In this document: piece by piece, positions 55,004 through 64,000 of the stretch
Position numbering within the stretch: position 1 is the stretch's first letter
How the letters are laid out: each line of letters opens with the position of its first letter
Origin: Takakia lepidozioides
Taxonomy: Eukaryota; Plantae; Bryophyta
Assembly (NCBI GenBank): GCA_030704615.1
Contig: CM060731.1
Location: 29,822,001-29,886,000 of the forward strand
DNA: 64,000 bases
Direction of reading: 5' to 3'
Made by a program: the position numbers and the translations under genes
Notes under the pieces: generated by a model
What the model saw: only the letters and a program-made list of their open reading frames with translations
Database searches by the model: none
Told to the model about the DNA's origin: nothing

Positions 55004-58000
55004 TTCCAGGAAGATGTCAAGTTCCCTCAAAGCTGCTGTACATCAGTAGCCATCATTGGTACCTTCCATTGACCCTATCTCTCTCACACACACAAGCGCG
55101 CGGTAATCAGAGCTAAAGCGAAATTGCCTAATGACTCCCATTGACACTCTTGAATGCCAGCTGAAATGTAGGCTGGCCCTGTCTTGTCCAAAAGCAACAG
55201 CTTACAACTTACTCCTGAATGACTAGCTCGGGCAGCAAGCATCAAAGATCAGCATTCTGGGAATCTGGGGCGGCATGCCTCCCGTCACTTGGTAAGGCTA
55301 AGCTACACGTGAGGGAATTTGAAGAACTATCACGTGTGACATTTGTTAGTTGCCCATTGCTTGTGCACTTCGTGCTTAGCTTCGACCGAAGCAGTTGAGC
55401 TGCGCCTGCGCTGTGTGCCATGATCCATGCCACATGAGATTGTGCGTGAGCCTGTGCTAGTGGAGGCAAGAGGAAGTAAAAGGGAACGAAAACCTGGGAT
55501 GGAACGGGAGACAAATGAGCTAGCAGCCGCCACACTCCACATGCCAGATGAGAGCTGGATCGAATGCTCATCGAACGTCAATGTATCCAGTAATTTGGAA
55601 AGATGACTTCAGCCAATGCAATTTTCCACTGCAGTCGTGAATCTTAGCTACACGTACCTACATGCAATCGATCGACTATAAACCCAAAGTAGTAGTCTCA
55701 GTTTTACATGCACAATTACCATGTTCGACTGTTGGTGTTGTGCTGTATTAGTAGTCCCAGAAAGTACCCGAACTGCTGTGACCCACAATGTCAGAACGTG
55801 AGACAGCTCCGTGTAGAACTACTCTTCCATTGTCATCAGCCACTGGCAGTTGACCAGTTCCAATTGCGCCATACTTAGATTGCGTGCAGGCAGGCTCGCT
55901 CTTTGAATGGTATTTGTCTCCTGTGCACAATTGAGTGTTCGGTCGGGGGTTGGCTGCAATATAGGTTGCTTACATCACTGGTCCTCTTCATGTCTAGCCT
56001 GCAGCAAACGTGACACATGTGGCTGTAGTTTCCCTGCGGTCTAGGGGGCGGAGTGACAGACTAATGAGCTGACTCTGACTCACAGGGACTAAATCAGACT
56101 TCTAATCCCACACACTTCAGTTTTTTCTTGACTTTCTTCTTTGTCTAATTCTTCAACTCGACTTGACCGGGGCTGGAAACATGGAAGTAGTGCACTGGTG
56201 GTGCATGCTCATTTGCCCACACGGTTGCCTTGGATTCCGAAGGTCCCGGTATTTCCAACATGTTGGGCATGCCTTTTTTGAAATGCAACAGTTGGCAGGT
56301 TAGGGGAAGGGTTACGCATTTCTCAGTAATCAGACTCTAACTGGGTGTGGTAACAATGCAACGGGAACATCGCTGTGCTGTCTGGCAATAAGTAGTGCAT
56401 TGATGATTGGTTAGGGCTCCCTCGATCAACGGCTTTATAATCGCAGGGCTTCCTCTGCTGGGCTATTCTGGATGTCGTTTTTCTTTCCACTTGCATGTGA
56501 GCTTGATCCGGGAGGAGGAGAGCTGTTCTTTTCCAGACGGTTTCTTCAAGTGTCGCAGGACGCTTTGAGATTTTCTTCCGCCCAGCTTTCCATGGTCTTC
56601 GGATCCTGCTTCTCTGACGCTTCTCACTCTGTCCAACAATTCCCTCTATTCAGATTTCTGGAAGCACCCACATCTTCATTTGAGAAGACGTCATCCTAGC
56701 ACCGCAATGTGTATCTGACAACCTTCTCTATCAAACCATATCTATCGCACAAGGGCCACGACGTCCGAATGTGAAGGTGAAATCTACGTGGGCGGTCCCT
56801 TCTGATACTGCGAAAGCTTGAGAACTAGAGAGGTATTTGTACTGCCTCGTCTGCTCTGAAATTGCGACCCATTCTTTGAAGTTTCAGAAGGAGAGGATCC
56901 ATCCACTTTGTTATGGTGAATTGCACGTGACACACCCCCCACACAAGCCGAGAGAGCCTTTTGTGTTTTTCTCAGAACATGCTTGTTCTTCTAACTTTTC
57001 ATCAACCCTGGGCTCCGCTTAGATGTTTGTACATTGAGTGCTACTTGGCGCGCACCTGAGTGCAGTTACAGTGTTCAACTTTGCCCCACATCTAGGGCAT
57101 CGAAAAGTAAGTACGCAGAGACTGGTGTGGAGGAAAAGTTGCTGGGCATTCTGTAAAGCTTTTTAAAGCTCTAATTGGTTTGCAGATTGCAGTTTGCAGG
57201 TCCCTGATGATACTGGGTTGAGGAAGACGGTCAAGATATGCTTTGTTTGTGCAATTTAGATCCAGTGTTTGATTTCTCTTTGTCATTTCAACGAGAGTTT
57301 TGCAACATCTCTTTGTTTCACACCTTTTGCAGACATGTAGACTTGTAGGGCAGGCAACTGACTCTGGATATTCGTAGGTAAATAGCCTGCTTGTAGTCTG
57401 GACAGAGCAGGAGGGTGGAGAATGAGCAGAAGTTTATAGTGGTCAAGGAATTGGTCTCTGAAACCAAGTCCCCGAAATGCCCGTCCTCGGGAACGCCCAT
57501 GTAACATTCAAAAGGCCCGAGAGGGGCAGAGCAGATGTAGGGATGAAGTGGATCTCTGGCACTGAGATGGAATTCCAAACATGTAGTGATGAGGAGATAG
57601 GAAAGATAGAAACGATGCAAACAAACCAGGGCTTAGATCTCCTTGTGCCAGTCTCAAGTCTCAACCTGAATCTCAACCGCATTATTGGGTAGTGTTAATT
57701 ATGCATGTTGTATGGGGATGTGAGGAAACACCCCTATCATCCCAGTAGTTCCTGCACACGGCAGGTGTGGCTTTTAGTGTATTATTGGACTCTTGCTGTG
57801 TGAGTGTGTTTGCTTGTCAACTCTCATGCTTCTTTCCGAGTCTCAGAAAACAATGTTTTTGTAGGTTGACAGAGTGAGGGTCTAATAGTGTCCGTACCAA
57901 TTTGGGAAAACTTCTTTTGGGGCTAAGTGCTTCTGAAATTTTCTAGTGCCTTGGGTTATGTCACTAGTTAAAAAGTTCTAACCCTATATCTTTTGCCCAT

Positions 58001-58206
58001 GACAGGGCGGGGTGGAAACAGACAGTAAAAAGCTTAATTTGAAACATCCACTGATGTATTAATTGTATGGGGAAGAGTTACCAAGCTGTCAGTTAGAGTT
58101 GACATGCGGACTTGAAAACAAATATGAAGCTGTGCTTGACATGTTCCTTGGGAACATTATTGACTGATTGAATGTCATATTCTGCTTCTCTTTCTGCGAA
58201 AATCAG

Positions 58207-59948
58207 ATGTCAGCTCCATGGAGTATGCGCTTGGCATCGACTTTCATAGTTGGGGCTAACAATCTGACAAGGCGCAAGGATGGCACCATCAACCGCAGAC
58301 TGGCTGATTTTATTGAATTGAAAGTTCCCGCCAATCAAAAGCCTGTGAAGGGGGTTTCTACACTGGATGTAGAGGTTGACTCTGTCACCGGAGTTTGGGT
58401 GCGTGTGTTTATCCCCACAACCGAGATGGAGGTTACCCCCTTGAACTTGGGTTCTGGAAAATCTGTACCAGATTTTGACAAGAAACTTCCAGTCGTCTTC
58501 TATTACCATGGAGGAGGATTTGCTGTCTTGTCTGCAGATTTCGTGTTATATGATGCCTTTTGCCGGCGATTGGCTCGAGCCTGTCACTCAGTAGTAATCT
58601 CTGTGAACTACCGCCGAGCACCAGAGCACCAGTGTCCAGTGCCTTATGATGACTGTTACAATGCTTTGGAGTGGCTCCGGTTGCCAGAATCTGCGTCATA
58701 CTTGCCACCCAATGTGGATCTCTCTCGCTGTTTTCTCATGGGAGATAGTGCAGGTGGAAATATAGTGCATCATGTGGGGGTCAAGGCATCTGGGAAAGAC
58801 CTGAGTCCTGTATGTATCAAAGGGCATGTGTTGATTCAACCTTTCTTTGGGGGAGAGGAGAGGACTCCTTTTGAAATTCGGTTGGTAAATACCCCAATCA
58901 TCTCAGTAGAAAGTGCCGATTGGCATTGGAAAGCCTATCTGCCATCAGGTTCTGACAGAGACCACCCAGCCTGCAACATCTTTGGGCCCCATTCACAAGA
59001 TTTGTCCAATGTGCCCCTACCACCATCTCTGGTGGTGGCCGGGGGCCTCGACACACTCCAAGACTGGCAGGTAACCTTTCTGCCTCTTGCTTCTTTAGCT
59101 TGTTGGCGGATTCTTCTGCATCACCCATTCTGTTCTTGATGTGACCAAATGAATGGTTATGGAAGCCAGGACCACAAGATAAATGGAGGCCAGAGACTGC
59201 CCAACGAAATTGCCCAGAGATACTCTCAAATACTAACTAGGATTTTAGGCGGCTGCATGTCAAGAACAAGGACGTTTGTGCAGGGCTTTGCTACACGAGA
59301 AGGATATTGAAGATATGGATCAATGGACGCTTTCCTTCAAGCATCCTTGGTTCAGATGTCTTGAATTTGACAGCTGTACTAGGCTGGAAGTTATGCTGTT
59401 GAGTTTGTAGACTAGGGGGAGTGCTCCCACCACTGTCCCTAGAAATAGAACAGCTTTGTCAGATGGCACAGACGCAGCCATAATATCAAAAAGTGGGATG
59501 TAGATCAACCCTGTGACAGGGTGTCTGGTGGATTGCGATGCTAACAGAGGCCTCCTACCAACACATTAGTTTTCCATTGTGCACATGATAGTGAGTCAGG
59601 TGAAATTTGCTCTCCAGGATTGTGAGATCCCTGGTATTCATTGAATCTCTTGTGTTTCCAATTAGGCTGTCTTCTTTGAACCTAAATCAATATGCAGAAA
59701 GAGTGCAGTTGCATCTCCAGAGTAAGAGAGCTGCAATGTTTGTATGAACTGAATATCATCGTATGGCTAAGAACCTGTTGTGATTTCAGGTGCGTTACAC
59801 ACAGGGATTGAAGAAAGCTGGCAAAGAAGTGCAATTATTATTCTATGAGAAGGCCATCCATGCCTTCCATATATTTCACCAGCTTGATCAGTATAAGCTT
59901 GCCTCCAAGGTGCTTTTTGATATATGTGCATTCATCCAGAATCTCTAA
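58207..59948 (+). CDS. Carboxylesterase, CXE18/GID1-like alpha/beta hydrolase (coding exons 58207-59070 and 59790-59948)
   Basis: RRKDGTINRRL, YYHGGGF, VNYRRAPEH, GDSAGGN (Ser), GGLDTLQD (Asp), AIHAF (His). Confidence 0.92.
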
Positions 59949-61252
59949 GTCTCTAAATTGACATGGTGCAGACTGCTCTGTGACATTCAGCAGGGTAGTG
60001 ATTTCCAGGGATGGCTACTTGATTTCCATTCTTTCTGCAAGAGGTTCTATGTACAGGGGAGCAGAGGAAACTGGGCATCAAGAAGGGAGGGAAATTATCA
60101 TTATTATTAGCTCATGGTGCCAGGGCCAGGGCAGTGTTGTTGGGGGGGTGGGGGGGGGAGATTCCTCCCGGAGGAATGTGCAGAAAACCAGTGTTGCATT
60201 TAATGCCATCACTCGAAGCTGCCTTGAATTGTAGATAACCTGTTCCTCAAAGGGGCTGGCAGATGAACTGCTAATGTAGTTCTGATGTTTTTCAACACGT
60301 TCATGGTACAAGGGTCTGCAGGCTTGTTGCATGTATTTTATGTCGAAGGGAGATGTTATTGTGCAGCAGATGACCTAGCATGATGTTTCGAGGACTTGTC
60401 CTTTTGGAAGATCTCTTGTTTGTGTGCGCAATGGAAAGGGTGAATACTGTTCAGACAGGTAGGAAGGTGACTATCCAGATTACAGGAAAGTAGCATTTGT
60501 AACACCTGGCGTGTTTTCATGTAAAAGTGAGCTATTTCAACTGTAGTGATTTGAGTGTCCAATTGTCTTAAGTTGCTAGAGTTTTGCAAGGGCTGTTATA
60601 ATGTCAAACATGACATGGAATTTTGCACAGTAGATGCGACGAGTGCTGCCAAGTTATATATGGTCAAATGTTTTCAAAACCATCTCCAAACAAGGTATGG
60701 ATGCAGTTCTACAGTGACTGGGTGCCAGTGGCAGTGACTGGCAGCTTGGTATGCCAGACCAACTGCTAAACATCAATAGATATCTCCCAGTAGATATCTC
60801 CTCTTAAAACCTTCCTCTCAATCACAAACATTAACATCAACAGCATTGGCAAAGTTCCCACATCTTTAACCTCAGTTTAGGGAATCTAGATGTAAGGAGG
60901 CAAGTCAGAAGCACAAGACAAGTTCCTGTGATCAATGCAAGCATCTCTCTGTTATTCATAATAGCCCATCCATACTGCTTGAAAGGTTCAAAGATGGAAC
61001 TGAAACTGAAAGGCTCCATCATAGATAACCTTTGATTTCAAAAATCCTCGTGGCCACGCCATGGAACCCAAAAAAATTAGCACCGAACACAGGATTCGAG
61101 CTTTACCTACAAAATCAGGCACCTACTTTCTCTCATCTTAGGATACATTCACGAGGCACTTACCAAGATGGCAACTATCTATGCAAGCAAGCCTAAACTC
61201 CAATGTCTGTGACCTACAGCTTTGTACAAGAATGGGACCAAAATTTGTTGTT

Positions 61253-63500
61253 CTATGAAAAGAAAAACAACGTGACCACAGTTGCAGCCATGGAAATGGC
61301 CAAGATCCTCAAGGCTTCTATAGATGTTGATGCACCAGATCTAGAAGTAGCTGCAGTGGGCTTCAGCCCAATTATGAAGTGGCAGGTCCCAGTTGATGGA
61401 TCTGTATTTGTCACCTCTGCCAGGCCTTGAAAATTGCAGGCCGTGGGATCTTGATTATTATACTGGTAATAATTGTTGAATGCATATGAAGCATTTCCCT
61501 GAAGTGATAGGGTGTTACATGATGATCCATCTAGAAGGTCTGTACAATCTGCATGGGAGCATGCATAATCTACATTGGCAGCCAGCTGACTCAGATCGAT
61601 GTTAGGGTTCACAACACACCACTGTTGGCGCAAGTAGGGGACATTCTGAGCATTCACAAGGTTTGCATTAGGACCATTGGCCCCACCTGCAACGAGTCAC
61701 CAGGAGAGCATCAAGTCTGTTCAAAGGAGAAGCAAGCCAACCAGCAGCCCCCCTCCTTACACATTTATCACAATTGCTTTCCCTAGAAATTGGACACTTC
61801 AGAGGAAGAAGGGGTTCAAGGGCCCTTAAAGACTAGGAAGCCCACCGGTACACAAATGGGGAGGTAATGACAGGCTGGGTGAACCATGAAGGATGACTTA
61901 CAACAGAAAGCAAGCATGCATCTGAACCAACAAATACCTCAAGTGATGCCACAGTGCCCTAACCACTGGCTTCCCTATAACAAACTGTAAATCTCGTCCA
62001 GCAGAGATGACCTATCACTGTTCAATTCGATACACCCTCCTACAAAATCAGAGGAATACAGGTGCAACAGTACCTGAAATGTCGAGTGTATACTTGGCTG
62101 TTCCATCGTAGTTGAAAATACCCCAGTGCCTCTCAAAGGGTCCTGGTAAAATACTCTTAGCATCCTCATCCAGGAGGCCAAACAAATAGCCCTGGATCTG
62201 CATATTTGGGCGCAATGGTGTGCCCTGCCCATTCAGCAGGTGATTCACAAGCTCCTGGTTAAACCTCTGTGCATATTGTATGTTTGCAGAAGGAGTACCA
62301 TCGGTAGGCCATCCAATCTCCCCAACGATTATGGACATGTTGCTATATCCAGCACTTGCCAAGGCTGACACCAGACCGTCATAGCTTGCATCAAACACGT
62401 TTTCGTAAGTGTTTGCTCCGTCATGAATTGGACTCGTACTTCCATCGAAGAAAGCAAAATCTAACGGGAAACCGGGATTTTGGTACAAGGTGATGAAGGG
62501 ATACAAGTTGATACAGAATGGGGCCTCCCACTCATTTAAGAACTGCACAATTTGATCCATGAGGGAAGCAATGTCACTGCGAAATGTGACCTGCGATGGA
62601 AATGAAGCGCCACTCAAAACATCTGCATTGAATGGGACTGTTGCCTTCACTCTCGACGCATATCCTGCCTGAGCCAGGGCATTCTCCATGTTTTGAAGTG
62701 CTGGAAATAAGGTGCTCTGATAAATTCCATTGTACGCGGCCAGAAATGGCTCGTTCCCCACCCCCACATACCTGCCAACACCAGCCTCTTAGGGATCTAA
62801 GTCGGACTGCATAAAGAGATGTATTGCTCAAATTCTTGGTAAGAAAGATCTTTACCGGCGCGGATCTCGCTCGCTTCATCATCTCTCTCTGTACTTTGCA
62901 ACCATCCCCAATCCATCACTTAAAGCCATGTGGGAGGACAGATAGAGTGAGGATCAACTATCAATGAGATTTTACTTCTTGTGAGGAAGCCTGCGATCGC
63001 CAGTATATGACGACACACTCTCTCTCTCTGTCCCTCTTCACCTACACATACTAGCGGATATGAACGTGCGCTTAGCCAGCTATGTAAGCATACATTCTAG
63101 GGGTTGTAAGCGGAATCTCTTTCAAATGCAAGAAAGAGACCAGCGAGACTTACTTGATGTTGACGCCCCCACTGTATAAAAACTGGGTGACATTCTGCTT
63201 GACCCAATTTGTGGCAGCATTTGGGTCATTGGCAAGAGAGTCAAGCAAGTCATTAGGAGCCGCCACCATGACCTCGATGTTGGTTCCCGCAAGAGCTCGA
63301 AGCACCTCGTTATCAGCATCAAACAGCTTCACTTTAGTGATTTTGTTGTCCTGCAGCATGTTCACCACAATTTGTGGCGGTAGGGGGTTGATGGAGATTG
63401 TCCCCCAGTTTACCCCAATTGCATTCACCCCTTCTTGTAACGCACACCCTATGAAGAGGATCGGAAGCAGCCCGGTACACAAGCGCCAGCTCACTGCCAT
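61253..63500 (-). CDS. Glucan endo-1,3-beta-glucosidase (GH17 + X8), signal peptide and probable GPI anchor
   Basis: Exons ~63500-63152, 62770-62074, 61686-61253. IGVNWG, VGNEPF, VGEIGWPTDG, ERHWGIF, X8 WCV..YACS.ADCT..ASYAFN.YYQ..C.F.G, hydrophobic tail. Confidence 0.93.
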
Positions 63501-64000
63501 CCTGGCCTTTCAGATCAATGGTCGCTCTCAAACAAGAATCCACTCCAGCGGCTCGCAATGGCTTTCGCTTAATGCTCCACCGGCGGGGTCGTACAACAGA
63601 TCCACGAGACCTGTTACCAAAGCCGAATGAAGTGATCTTCACTTCCTCTGCTGGATGCTCCACAAGAGCTGTTGCTCCAAGCTTTCCCGCCGACGTTCGT
63701 TTCTCTGATCCCTCTGAGCGCAAGCTACAAGTGCTGATATAATGCTGCTGCTGCTCCACCCAGAGCTCGTTGCAAGCTGGAATCCTGCAAGCAACTTCAA
63801 CCGTGCCGACCTCTGGACTCCAGAACCCGACACGACAAACCAGACACGCCTCCTTCCAGCTCAATCTCAAGTGAAGACAAGCACGAGATGGAGAAGATTT
63901 ACAAACGTGCCCCACATATAAGAACCGTGACAGATCCGAACCAGGAGACCACCGGAAGAAATGCGAACGTCTACCCCGTTGAAGAAGAAAGGAAACCGAA

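Noticed and set aside
58207-59948. Calling the gene GID1
   Set aside because: Esterase motifs and the catalytic His are retained.

Overview
Eukaryotic, intron-rich land-plant DNA, probably from a non-seed plant such as a bryophyte (inferred from gene and transposon types, not proven). Four apparently intact host genes are present: DNA ligase IV (minus, 21-14578), an SBP-box/ankyrin SPL1/12/14-type transcription factor (plus, 29723-39617), a CXE18/GID1-like carboxylesterase (plus, 58207-59948) and a GPI-anchored GH17+X8 beta-1,3-glucanase (minus, 61253-63500). There is also an F-box pseudogene. Two transposon-rich blocks (about 15.9-26.6 kb and 42.3-55.0 kb) hold: a decayed Ty3/Gypsy with a Tf1-like self-priming PBS; a second Gypsy whose integrase ends in a PHD finger and carries an internal inversion; two diverged, intron-containing MULE-like DDE/SWIM transposase pseudogenes resembling the Arabidopsis At1g60560/At4g13970 type, one abutting the F-box gene; two L1-like LINEs; LTR-like pieces; and hAT MITEs. 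Introns carry fragments of several small retroposon families. The strongest observations are two U12-type introns plus a 7-nt micro-exon in LIG4, the self-priming PBS, the PHD-integrase and the MULE-like family. Exon coordinates and similarities were read by eye; no database search was run.
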